A stretch of 64,000 bases of DNA, from contig NC_043009.1 of assembly GCF_006345805.1 (NCBI RefSeq), positions 8,990,001-9,054,000 of the forward strand, in the 5' to 3' direction. Each line of letters starts with the position of its first letter. Within the stretch, counting starts at the first letter, position 1. This document shows positions 24,084 through 36,243 of the stretch, piece by piece. The notes beneath the pieces were generated by a model. That model saw only the letters and a list, made by a program, of their open reading frames with translations. It had not been told where the DNA came from and did not search any database. A program made the position numbers and the translations under genes. The DNA comes from Octopus sinensis (taxonomy: Eukaryota).

Positions 24084-24390
24084 GGAGGCACATGGCCTAG
24101 TGGTTAGAGCAGTGGACTCGCGGTCGAGGGATCACGGGTTCGAATCTCAGACCGGGCGATGTGTGTGTTTATGAGCAAAAACACCTAAGCTCCACGCAGC
24201 TCCAGCAGAAGGTAATGGCGAACTTCTGCTGACTCTTTCGCCACAGCTTTCCCTCACTCTTTCCTCTTGCAGCTTGCAGCTCAACTGTGATGGACTGGCA
24301 TCCCGTCCAGGTGGGGAACCTATACGCCATGGAAAGCGGGAAACCGGCCCTTATGAGCCAGGCATGGCTCAAGAAGGAACAAACAAAAAT
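24084..24390 (+). mobile_element. tRNA-derived SINE family C nested in a - strand family A copy
   Basis: Head ggaggcacatggcctagtggttagagc...gggttcgaatc. 14-bp TSD actcact(g/c)gtactg at 24069-24082 and 24392-24405. Confidence 0.9.
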
Positions 24391-24908
24391 AACTCACTCG
24401 TACTGAACCTGCGTCCACTTGGTTGGGAAGCAAACTTCTTCACTACTCAGCTATGCTTGTGGATATCAGTGAAAATTTGCCTTCCCGAATATATTGGAAG
24501 CTAGAAACCTAAGTTAAGCACCAGCTTTCAGTTTTCTGATGTAAAGTGGACAAAAGATACCCCCCACCATTATTTCTCTCCTAGATTAGATGCCAGTTTA
24601 GTGCATGTAACAATCCCAGATAATCTGGTATTAATTCCTGATAGCCAAGTGAACTTAGGCATTGTAAAAATATATCTCCGGAAGTATAACAGAACGTCAG
24701 TAGAGTGTTTGAATTTATTGCCCATAAGCCACTATTTCACTGACTTATCCTTTTAGTCATAGTGCTGCCATCCATGCCCTCCTGTCTTTTCAGGCATAAT
24801 GTCTATGTCTGTCCTGTGTGTTTAGAAATGCATATAGTGTATATAAGACTTTTTCTGTCCAATGTGTATGTAAGTGTATATAGTGCATATATAACTACAC
24901 TTGTCCAT

Positions 24909-24949
<41 letters not shown>

Positions 24950-25150
24950 TACGGAGATGTACTTGCAGAGCAAGTGACCTGATCTGAGATCGTGTGCAGG
25001 AACGAAAACAATTGCAGCGTGGAAGGTGTTTATAAGCCATTTAAGAAACACACAAAACTGTTAGATTCACTTCGACATTTAAATTTAATTTGTCAAAATA
25101 TTTTCGGCACTTTGAGACAGCGACCTATTAACTGACAAAATTCTGTGCTG
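24950..25150 (-). mobile_element. Third copy of the (TA)n-embedded element, with a decayed hammerhead core
   Basis: Reverse complement of the 5611-5822 family; the core reads GTTAATA instead of GTGAACA. Confidence 0.7.
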
Positions 25151-25647
25151 GATATAAACAATTGGATTTTGGCCTAACTGGCCAACATCCTACCTATTGA
25201 TTTAGCTGTCTTTGACTCAAGCCAGTGACGGAGCTTCTACGTACTCAATCAACTTGCTAGCAACAGCATTACAAATCTCTGTTAACCTTTTTGTTACCAT
25301 ATTTCTGATGAAATATACAGCCTTTGTTTCACTTCATTTTAAAAATTAATGATGAATTTACTAAAATAAACTTTGTCATTAGTAAGCTGGTGTTTGGAAA
25401 CTAAATTACCTTGAAGCTTTGATGTAAGGTTTTAATTTAAATCACTTAAAAAAAAAAAAGCAAGAGTAATCTTGAGCAGATTGCTATCAAAAGGCTTAAA
25501 TCACATCTATCGTCTTAGAACAACAGATGTTTATATTGAAAACTGTGGTCCTAGTTGCACTGAAACTGTGAAACAGACCTGATGGTCATGACTGGATCAT
25601 AGATTTGTTCAGTCAAAGCTGACCTGGGACTAAAGAATAACATTAAT

Positions 25648-26035
25648 TGGATGGAAGCACTCCGTCGGTTACGACGATGAGGGTTTCGGTTGATCCGAAT
25701 CAACGGAACAGCCTGCTCGTGAAATTAACGTGTAAGTGGCTGAGCACTCCACAGACACGTGCACCCTTAACGTAGTTCTCGGGGATAATCAGCGTGACAC
25801 AGAGAGTGACAAGGCCGGCCCTTTGAAATACAGGTACAACAGAAACAGGAAGTAAGAGTGAGAGAAAGTTGTGGTGAAAGAGTACAGCAGGGAGCACCAC
25901 CATCCCCTGCCGGAGCCTCGTGGAGCTTTAGGTGTTTTCGCTCAATAAACACTCGCAACGCCCGGTCTGGGAATCGAAACCGCGATCCTATGACCGCGAG
26001 TCCGCTGCCCTAACCACTGGGCCATTGCGCCTCCC
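25648..26035 (-). mobile_element. Young full-length tRNA-derived SINE (family C head)
   Basis: Head ggaggcgcaatggcccagtggttagggc. Perfect 12-bp TSD aataacattaat at 25636-25647 and 26036-26047. Confidence 0.92.
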
Positions 26036-26229
26036 AATAACATTAATCACTCCTTACTAAAAAGGAAACTGCTATCCCTTGCTTCCAGTTACACTGTTTT
26101 TATATTTACCTCTGTGTGTGATGCGTGTATTCATCCCTCCCTCCTCTCATAAACGATTTACAAATTTAACAATCTTTCAGTGATCTTAAATTAATTATAA
26201 TTTTTCTTTCTCTTCTGATAATAACATAG

Positions 26230-26328
26230 AAATGAAATGAAAGATCTGAAATTTCCCAGTGTTCGGACTGTTCTTTGGGATCGAGCCAGCCAAGGTCCAG
26301 CTGTTAATGTTGATATATCTTCTTTCAG
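26230..26328 (+). CDS. STIL: STIL-like gene, coding exon (NEMKDLKFPSVRTVLWDRASQGPAVNVDISSFR)
   Basis: Pyrimidine tract plus tag acceptor, ag|gtaact donor, phase 2/2. Resembles the recalled STIL motif [28 protein letters not shown]. Confidence 0.75.
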
Positions 26329-26389
26329 GTAACTATTATTATTATTATTATTATTATTGTTATTGTTATTGTTATTATTGTTATTGTTA

Positions 26390-26915
26390 TTATTGAGTGA
26401 GAGAGCAGAGCATGCCATCAAAGTGACATTGGGATACAAATATATGAAGCCCAATATACCCATCATTTCTACCCGTCTGATAAAGGTGCACCAGGCACAT
26501 GCATCACAATGATGTGTGCACAACATGGTGGCCTCATATCAAGATAAACAGTGCATGACCTTGCAGGTGGGGCCCAGTTAGAATTTCCTTCAGGTCAAGT
26601 GTCCCATCCTGCTGAATAAGGGTTGTTTAAGGAAGATGATCAAAACATTCATGTTTCTAGAGGTGAATTACTCAAACACCCAAAGAATCCTTTTCAACAC
26701 ATGGCTATGATGCTCCCCTACTACTCCTGCTCCTCGTGATCAGAGATGCACATATCGTCAGCTACTAAGGGCAGTTGCTTGGTTAAGGTCAAGCAACCGA
26801 CATTGAGCAGAATATTTGCTGTGGCCCATTTTTTACACTGAGACAAAACATGTACATGATAATATTTCCAATCAGTTAAAATCACAAACCACGAGAGCCA
26901 CTGCCTGGTTCTGTC
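26390..26915 (-). mobile_element. Probable non-LTR retrotransposon 3' fragment ending in an (AAT)n tract
   Basis: A non-simple block abutting an (ATT/GTT)n tract at 26335-26395; family not identified. Confidence 0.35.
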
Positions 26916-27560
26916 TCGTTTCCACTGAGATCAATGTAAATCCTTAAAAATGTTTTAGCCCGAAGGCCGCGGCCATGCTGGGGCACCACCGCTGTAATTG
27001 AATAAATACTCCAAAATGTTAGGCCTTGTGCCTATAGTAGAAGGAATTGAAATTATTTATACTGGTGGTGGTGGTGGGTGAAGGTGTATGATCTTGTGGC
27101 TAGGTTCAATCCCCACACTGGGTGGTGTGTTATGTTCTTGAGCAAAACACTACATTTCACATTGCTCCAGTCCTCCTTTCAATCAGGTGGCAATGTTGAC
27201 CTGCTCGCCTAGCCAACAGGATGGTGTCATTCGAAGGCTAAATCGATGCAAAGTGCATTGTGACCAGCAATGTGTAACAACATCTGATAGTCCTGTCGGT
27301 CATGTGATTATAGTAGGGAGAGTTAGTAACACCCGAGTAGCGAGCTAAAATATCTTGCAGTACTTGAATACTCATTTAAATTCTGCTACGATTGATTTTA
27401 TAATTCAACTTTGCAGGGTTGAGAAAAATTAATAGAAAAATAACAAACAAACCCTAAAACAAAAGACCACCACAAATTATTATGTTTTAGAGTCAATTTA
27501 ATTGACTATACCTCTTCTTTATTGTTATTTGAGGAAATTGTTTTTATTATCTCTTTTATT

Positions 27561-28241
27561 GTGCCGGTGGCACGTAAAAAGCACCCACTACACTCTTGGA
27601 GTGGTTGGCATTAGGAAGGGCATCCAGCTGTAGAAACTCTGCCAGATCAAGATTGGAGCCTGGTGCAGCCATCTGGTTCGCCAGCCCTCAGTCAAAATCG
27701 TCCAACCCATGCTAGCATGGAAAGCGGACGTTAAACGATGATGATGATTGTGGTGGGTTGGCTATTTCTTCCAGCTCTTTTTGTTCTGAGTTCAAATCCT
27801 GCTGAATTTGTCTTTGCCTTTTGTCCTTTCAGGGTTGATAAAATATACTACCAGTTAAGTACGTAATTGACTAATTCTGTCTCCCAAATTCTACACCTTA
27901 ACCTATGCTAGAAACATTATTTTTTCTTTTCTGTTTTATCCCCACATTGGTCCCGGTTGAGCAGACATGATGGAAAAAACACTGCAATTGTGACCATTTG
28001 TGCCGAGTAGTTCATATTTTCATTGTCATTGCCAGTGCCGCCTGACTGGCCTCCGTGCTGGTAGCACGTAAAAAGCACCCACTACACTCTCGGAGTGGTT
28101 GGCGTTAGGAAAGGCATCCAGCTGTAGAAACTCTGCCAGATCAGACTGGAGCCTGGTGCAGCCATCTGGCTCGCCAGCCCTCAGTCAAATCGTCCGACCC
28201 ATGCTAGCATGGAAAGCGGACGTTAAACGATGATGATGATG
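27561..28241 (+). mobile_element. Two highly similar RTE-type tails in direct orientation
   Basis: 27561-27748 and 28030-28241 both follow the tail consensus and end in (ATG)n. Confidence 0.85.
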
Positions 28242-29452
28242 ATTGTTACTGTGGCTACATTATATGATATATCTTTCCCTTTTTTTGACATGTGAGTGGG
28301 TGTTGAAAGGTTCCTGGCTTTGGGTAAAAGAAAATACAGGAGGATCATTTAATTATGGTTTTATTCAATATTCCCATCTCAGATTCACACAATTATTGCA
28401 GCGGTCCTTCAGTTTTTCTAAGCCCTGTAAAGGAATTCAGAAGGTTGAGCCTGCAGCCAGGTCTTTCATGATACCCTAAAACCAGGAACTTCTCAGCACT
28501 CCCTCATAGTAGGATGCGATTTGAGGGAAATATAGTTCCTATTTTAAATAGGTTCAGCAACACCATACGGGCTCCCTTGCTGGCTTGTTTTTGTTGTTGT
28601 TTAGCCTGAGTCAGCCCCGAGGGAGCAGACCTATGGAGATCAATGGTGTTCCAGCTGTGACCATCGTAACTTTTTATATATCAGGGACTACATTGTCTAG
28701 TGTGTTGTGTCTCCCTTTTTTGAGACAGTACAGTATATTTGAGGGAATTTGGTTGCTATTTCTTGCAGGTCAAACTAGCATTGGGCTATATTTTTTTGCT
28801 TTTGCTTTTATGTTACTGCTCTCTGTGTTGGTGGAAGTGATGGTGTTATTAGTGTTGTTGTTGAAATGGTGTGTTAGCAGGAAGAGTATCAAATTATGCA
28901 CGTTAACAATATCTAGATCTGCCCCACTTTTTTTCTGAATTCAGGTCCCTTCAAGGCCAGCTTTCCTTTTCATCTTTCTCTTCTGTACCAGCAATAAACA
29001 GGGGCTGGTTCAAATGCTCTACACTAATGCTCAGTCAGAAAAAAAAATATTATTATTATTATGTTGTTAGAAACAGTAAGATACAGACAGAATCAATAAG
29101 TTACTGTTGTCAGATCAATCAACTGACAACATTCTCTTTTGTACAAAATAAATTTAGATATAAATCACAAGTGTTATGTAAAGATCATTGTACTGAAGAA
29201 TGATTAGTTTTTACTCAAGTAAACCAAATGTATTTTTTAATTGTTCCTTAACACTCTCACATTCAGATTGCTCTGTCAAATAGATTACTTGTTTATTCAT
29301 GTTGTTTTGAATCAATCATGCATTATCTCATAGCTTCGAAATTGTGATGATGTGATAGTTATTTTTTTTGTATGACATTGTAAGGCAAGTGTGAGAAGTT
29401 AGATCCGGTTGGTTTGAATGTAAAAACAGGTAGACTATATGCCCAGTTTTAA

Positions 29453-29935
29453 CCCTTTAGCATTTCAACCAGTAATATATCAGGCCCAACTATTCTCGAT
29501 GCTGTATGTTGAAACTGGGCAGATCCTGTCTCTCACACCTACAGTACAATGTTGTTGTGAAAAATAAGCAATCACATCATCATCATCATCGTTTAACGTC
29601 CGCTTTCCATGCTAGCATGGGTTGGACGGTTCGACTGGGGTCTGGGAAGCCAGGAGGCTGCACCAGGCCCGGTCTGATCTGGCAGTGTTTCTACAGCTGG
29701 ATGCCCTTCCTAATGGCAACCACTCCATGAGTGTAGTGGGTGCTTTTTATGTGCCAGGCAAGGCTGGCAACGGCCACGATCGGTTGGTGCTTTTTATGTG
29801 CTACCGGCATGGTGGCCAGTCGAGGCGGCACTGGCAACGGCCACATTCGGATGGTTCTTTTACATACCACAATTACAATTTCCATTGATTTTAGATCGAT
29901 TTCGAATCTCGAAATGCATAACCAGGGCTAAAGGG
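29453..29935. mobile_element. TTAA-flanked MITE interrupted by a - strand RTE tail (about 29575-29885)
   Basis: ttaa|ccctttagc...gctaaaggg|ttaa; the RTE tail is inserted at an atcacatcat site. Confidence 0.8.
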
Positions 29936-30123
29936 TTAAACAAAAATAAGAATGTGGCATTCTCCACCTTTAAAACCCCAGGGTTTCGAGCCCTGGGAAA
30001 CAAAATCCTCAGGGAATTAAGAAATTATTGTTATTTCTTAATTCAATAAGAAATTAATAAATTATTGTTATTGTTGTAAAAATTCAAGAATTAAAATGTT
30101 TTTTTTTTCTGTTTTACTTGTAG

Positions 30124-30236
30124 GAAATTTCAGATATGTCTCTCTTCAAAAGCTCTTCATATCCTCCAACAACACTGTTCTGGGTTAGTGGAGAGCCAGC
30201 TTTTGCTTTTGTCTGGTTATATACATTCAGATAATG
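30124..30236 (+). CDS. STIL: STIL-like gene, coding exon (KFQICLSSKALHILQQHCSGLVESQLLLLSGYIHSDN)
   Basis: ttttacttgtag acceptor, g|gtaagt donor, 113 bp. It is open only in the frame required by the preceding phase-2 exon. Confidence 0.8.
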
Positions 30237-30649
30237 GTAAGTACTTCACTGTAATTGTAAGAAATTGCTTTGCTGTTTAATTACCATCTTTTCCTTTTTA
30301 TCTTTTACTTGTTTGAGTCATTGGATTGCGGCCTTGCTGAGGCAGTGCTTCAAAGGGTTTCAGTGGAACAAATGTACCCAAGTGCTTTTTTTTAAAAGTC
30401 TGGTACTTATTCTATCATTGTCTTTTGCTAAACTGCTGAGTTATGGGGACATAAAGCAACACCAGTTGAGCAGTGCAATAGGGGTAATAAATACAAAGAC
30501 ACACAAACACATATATATATATGCTGTGACTGCAAAGACCCGACAAATTACATGAGTTCATGGCTGTTTCCTGCACCAGCTTCACATAGCAGCCCCAGCC
30601 CATCCAAAGTACCTTGGTTCTCAGGACGGCCTGCTGTGTTTACCTTGGA

Positions 30650-31037
30650 TCATAGGGCGACCTGCTGTGCTTGAGGAGGCCTATTGAGCCAAGTACGTCA
30701 ACATCAAAATAAAATCAAATGGAAATTGTACTTGTGATACCCGTGCACGTAAAAAGCACCATCCGAACATGGCCGATGCCAGCGCTGCCTTGACTGGCTT
30801 CTGTGCCAGTGGCATGTAAAAAGCACCAACCGATCGTGGCTGTTGCCAGCCTCCCTGGTGGTACGTAAAAAGCACCCACTACACTCACGGAGTGGTTGGC
30901 GTTAAGAAGGGCATCCAGCTGTAGAAACACTGCCAGATCAGACTGGGCCTGGTGCAGCCTCCTGGCTTCCCAGACCCCGGTCAAACTGTCCAACCCATGC
31001 AAGCATGGAAAACTGACGTTAAACGATGATGATGATG
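30650..31037 (+). mobile_element. RTE 3' UTR and tail
   Basis: Module repeats, tail consensus, and (ATG)n. Confidence 0.8.
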
Positions 31038-32139
31038 TGTTTGTGTTTCTAGCTCTCTATCTGTCTATGATGAGCTTCCACACAACCTCTGTTGCCAAAT
31101 TTACTCACAAGGCATTGGTTGGCCTGGGGTTGTAGTAGAAGACACTTACCCAAGGTGCTGCACAGTGGGACTGAACCCAAAACCAAGTGGTTGCAAAGTG
31201 AGTTACTGAAACACACAACCATGCCTGCACCTGATTTATTATTCAGTTTTATTTACGCATCAACCAAACTTTGGTACCTTTGTTTGTATGGTTGTCTTTT
31301 AATCCAGTACAGACCTTTGGTCAACATCTTTCCAACAGTGAAGATCCTGCTTTTTCTTGTGTGCAATACCCTGGGGGTGGGAAGGAAGTGGGGGAGACAT
31401 GTATGCTATTCTTTGCTGGATGGATGGCCATGTAAAAGCTCCCCTGCTAGCTTGATTTATTTGAGTTATTTCAATAACTCAAATGTGAATTCTTTTGATG
31501 TCAACCCGTCTGAGACTACCCCTGGCTCTATGATACAATCTCCCTGCTATGAAGTGCTCTAAAAACCTTCCATCAAACTTTCATCTTCATTTATGTTCCA
31601 GATATTTTTCTACTAAAAGCACAAGGCCTGGAATTTGTTGATCACAGTTGATCACATCGACCCCCAGTACCTGACTGGTACTTAATTTATTGACCCCGAA
31701 AGGATGAAAGGCGAAGTCAAATTCGGCAGAATTTGAACTCAGAACAGAGAGACAAAATACTGCGAAGCATTCTACCAGCTCGCTGCCTAACATGGTAACA
31801 AAAATATGTTAACCAAAAGGGTCATGGCACATTTTATTGTTTCGTTTGCCTCGTAAGGCAGTATACTGGCAGTCATTAACACATCATACAAAACGTTTAG
31901 TGGCATTTCTTTCAGTCCTTTATGTTCTGATTTAATTCCACAGAGGTTAACTTTGCCTTTTTATCCTTTCAGCATTTATAAAATAAGTACTGACTCTCTT
32001 TAAATCACTGGCCCTATGCCAAAATTTGAAAGAATTATTTTGTTTATTTCCGTTTACTTGACTGGCAACCTGTGTTCTACAACTAATTCACAGTGATTGA
32101 AAAAAGCATCCTTCTTTAAAAATACTTGCTTCAACTCCT

Positions 32140-32435
32140 TCATCATCATCATCATCGTCTGCTTTCCATGCTAGCATGGGTTGGACGGTTCAACTGGGGT
32201 CTGGGAAGCCAGAAGGCTGCACCAGGCCCAGTCTGATCTGGCAGTGTTTCTACAGCTGGATGCCCTTCCTAATGCCAACCACTCCGTGAGTGTAGTGGTG
32301 CTTTTTTACATGCCACCGGCACAGGTGCCAGGGGAGGCTGGCAAACGGCCACGCGCGGATGGTGCTTTTTATGTGCCACCGGCACTGGTATCACAGCTAC
32401 AAATTCCATTGATGTTGATCAATTTCGATTTTGAT
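32140..32435 (-). mobile_element. RTE 3' UTR and tail
   Basis: (CAT)n plus the reverse complement of the tail consensus. Confidence 0.8.
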
Positions 32436-34129
32436 ATTAAATATAAAAATTTGTAAAGACTTCCCATTTCTTTGCACGAATGTAAATTTCTTTATTATTT
32501 TTTATATGAAGCAAAAACAACATCTTTGTCATCTTTATCAGTCAAGTTTTATTTTCTTTCTTTTTATGAGGATCATGGATAGTATAAGCGATCGAGCACG
32601 GATCTGGTGGTGTTTAGTTTTAATATTGTTTTAAACTTGGACAAGTGTTTTCTGCTGCTTTGCGACTGGATTTGGTAGATTTCTTTTCCTTGCCTTGCAA
32701 GTTACTTGGCAACTTCACTAGTGTCAGTGGCATGAAAAGATGCACCCTGTACATTCCGTAAAGTGGTTGGCATTAAGAAGTGCATCCAGATGTAGAGACC
32801 ATGCTAAAGCTGACACTGGAGCTCAGTGCAGCCCTACAGCTCACCAGATCCTGTCAAACCATCCAATCCATGCCAGCATGGAAAATGGATGTTAAACGAT
32901 GATGTTATATAATTATGTCTTGTTTTGACATCGCGACAGTTGTAAATGAGTATCACTGTTATACAAGTGGTGTCATTCATTTCCATTATTCCGCAAAAAA
33001 AAAAAATATCTGGTCATGAGGAAATATTACCTTGCATGGAAACAGGTGATGGTTGCCCAGTGGAAAGTCATCTGGGCATAGAAAATCTGCCTCAGTAAAT
33101 GCTCTTTGACATGTAATTCAGTTAAAATGGTGATGATGATGATGATGTTCAAAGTTCAAATCCCATCGATGTCAACTGTGGTCTTTCAGCCTCTTGGTGT
33201 GAGTGGTGGTGGTGATGGGAATGAAATAAGTACCAGTCTAATACTAGAGTCAATTTAATCTATTGTCTTCTTCTCTCAAAGATGTCCTGACTTGTACTTT
33301 AGTTACAAAATTGTATTAAATACTTTTTTTTTCTTTTTGGTGGCATTGTTATCAATAAAATAGTATCTCCTCATCTGCAACATTGGTTATTATGAAAGGA
33401 AGTAATTATTGGTAATTATCAATAATTATTTCCTTTGCTAACGACAACGATACACTTATGGAGCAACTCTTTCAAAGCAGCAGTAGCAGCATCAGTAGTA
33501 GTAGTAGAAGCAGCACCAGAAGTTGTTGTTCACTTTCAAAGTCAGCCCTGGTCAAGTGGTCCTCTGGTGAAAAGCTTTCCGGCAGTAATCAGCCATCTTG
33601 TTTTCAGACATGGCTTGGTGTATCTTACTAACATCATACATGTCCAAGGGTAGGATGAGATTTGGTTGCTATCTCTAGCTAATCAAGTGACCATTTAGAT
33701 AACCCTTGTTGACTTGTCTTTACTGTTGTTGAGAAGCCCCAGGTCAAATAGAATTGTGATCCTGAAGTGGGGCCATTTATCACAAAATACCTAAGTTTTC
33801 AGTTTAGAGAGATTTAATCCTCTCGTTGCCATATTTCTAATGAACTATGCTGCTTTTGTTTTAATTAGGTTTGAAAACAATAAAAAATTTAGTAATATAA
33901 CTTTATCATTGTCAATCTGGTATCTGGAAGATAAATTAAAATGAAACTTTGATAAAAGGTTTTAATTTAGAACACTTTAAAACGAGAAGTTTGTACTGTA
34001 GAACTAGGGGCAGTCTCAGGTGGACGGGTATCAAAAAGGTTAAACTTTTCTTGCTGAAATGCATATAAAAGAGAAGTGTGGACATGATTAATACAGCTGT
34101 ATGCCTGACCAAATGCTTTGCAATATTTA

Positions 34130-34472
34130 ACTCTACTTGTGGAGAACTGTTGAGGCAAGTGAAAACCAAAATCAAAATCAAAATCGATCAACATCAATGG
34201 TAATTGTAGCTGTGATACCAGTGCCGGTGGCATGTAAGAGAATCATCCGAACATGGCCGTTGCCAGCGTCGCACTGACTGGCCTCCGTGCCGGTGGCACA
34301 TAAAAAGCACCCACTACACTCAAGGAGTGGTTGGCATTAGGAAGGGCATCCAGCCGTAGAAACACTGCCAGATCAGACTGGGCCTGGTGCAGCCTTCTGG
34401 CTTCCTAGACCCCAGTTGAACCATCCAACCCATGCTAGCATGGAGAGCGGTCGTTAAACGATGATGATGATG
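34130..34472 (+). mobile_element. RTE 3' UTR and tail
   Basis: Tail consensus ending ttaaacgatgatgatgatg. Confidence 0.8.
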
Positions 34473-35194
34473 AATTTTGTCCTCCACGATAATGAGTTCA
34501 ATACTAGCTTGGGTCTGCTTTGCCTTTAATCTCCTGTCAGAGAATATTGTTAAGGCATGGCTGTGTAGGCACAAGCATTTATGTGTGGTTAGGAAGCTTG
34601 CTTTTCAACCACGTGGTTTTGGGTTCAGTCCCTGTGTATGGCATCTTGAGAAAGTGTCTCAGGCTCACTGAAGCCTTGTGATTGAATTTAGTGGGTGGAA
34701 GTTCCCATTGTCTGTGTACATGTGTGTGTAAGTGCTTGTGCTTCCTAACATAGGAGGGAATAAAGATTTAAAGTTAAATAGTTTGATTCTATTTCCTTAC
34801 AAAAATTAGTCACGTGCTTAAGAAAAAGAAAAAACAAAAAAAGAAGTAATCTAAACTTCTGTATAATTCTTGTGCAGAATCTGCTACCACATGGTAGGGA
34901 AGTGGAAGCAGAGCAGTTTAGGAATATAGGAAGGAACATAATTATTATCTCTGAATATACAGTATAAATCTGAGAGTATATTGAGTTTCAAGTAGGCTAA
35001 GAAAATATCCGGCAATCGTATGATATGAAATTAGGATGTGAACTGAAGTAGAAAATACCATGCATTTTAGGGAAATGGTAGATGCAGAAAACCTGGGATT
35101 GAAGTTCTCAATTTATTTAAAAGAGTTCGTTTGTAAATGAAAGTATATCAAGGACAAATAGAGATAAACATGTCAAGCAATATTTTACGTTCAT

Positions 35195-35540
35195 TCAAAC
35201 CCATGTTCTGAGTTCAAATTCCACCAAGGACGACTTTGCCTTTCATCCTTTCGAGATCGATAAAATAAGTACCAGTTGAGCACTGGGGTTGATATAATCG
35301 ACTTAATCCGTTTGTCTGTCCTTGTTTGTCCCCTCTGTGTGTAGTTCCTTGTGGGCAGTAAAAAAATAGGTATTTCATCCATCTGCATGTTTTGAGTTCA
35401 AATTCCGCCAAAGACGACTTTGCCTTTCATTCTTTCAGGGGTCAATAAAATAAGTACCAGTTGAGTACTGGGGTCAATGTAATCAACATACTCTCGCCCT
35501 TGAAATCAGTTGCCTTGTGTCAAAATTTGAAACCAATTAA
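35195..35540 (+). mobile_element. SINE family B body in two tandem units
   Basis: Same ~180-bp periodicity as 1644-2045. Confidence 0.8.
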
Positions 35541-35581
35541 TGTTATGAGTTTTAAATTAAACTAATTTTATTTATTTTTAG

Positions 35582-35673
35582 ATGGCTCGAAGTTTTCAAT
35601 CCTCGTGGATCCACTGGATGTCTCTAATCTTACTTCAGAGACGAATGAGAAATCTTTACAAATATCTGTCCTG
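35582..35673 (+). CDS. STIL: STIL-like gene, coding exon (DGSKFSILVDPLDVSNLTSETNEKSLQISVL)
   Basis: tttattttta g acceptor, ctg|gtaaat donor, phase 1 in. Resembles the recalled STIL segment DEEGVTLTVDRFD. Confidence 0.7.
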
Positions 35674-36200
35674 GTAAATATAGTTTATAGTTTTGTCTTT
35701 TGTGTTTTTCTAATTTGTTTTATAACAAGTTTAATTAAAACCTCTACTGCTTTCTCCTTGCCCTTTCAGTTCCTATTTAAACTAAGTAACAGTTAGAAGT
35801 CAAATATTCAGAGCTGTATGTTAATTGGGAATGACAAAAATGAAATTAAAGTTGATGACTGTTTTTATTAAGAATAAAAAAAAAATGTTTTTTTACACTT
35901 TATTGTAACCTGATATCAACACTAATAAAGATTTACATTCGTTAACATAAGCATCTTGTCATTAGCTATTAACTTGAATCCGAGCTTTTGCTCTTGTCTC
36001 TTCTTGTTCAGGCCTACATTATGGTGACAGCCAGTCAGATGATTAAGAACAATTAATTAAACCTTTGTGTCAAAATGGTCAAGAAGAAAGTGAGGTCACC
36101 AGGATGTATTCAACTACACAAAGTCAACATGTCCGTCTGACTAGATATTGTTGCTTTAACTTGCTCCTTCTCGCTTTACAGTGAAAGTGTATTACTAATT

Positions 36201-36243
<43 letters not shown>

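Noticed and set aside
35770-36060. Candidate next STIL exons after acceptors at 35769 and 36010
   Set aside because: Both hit stop codons within 15 codons in the required phase and show no similarity to the recalled downstream STIL motifs.
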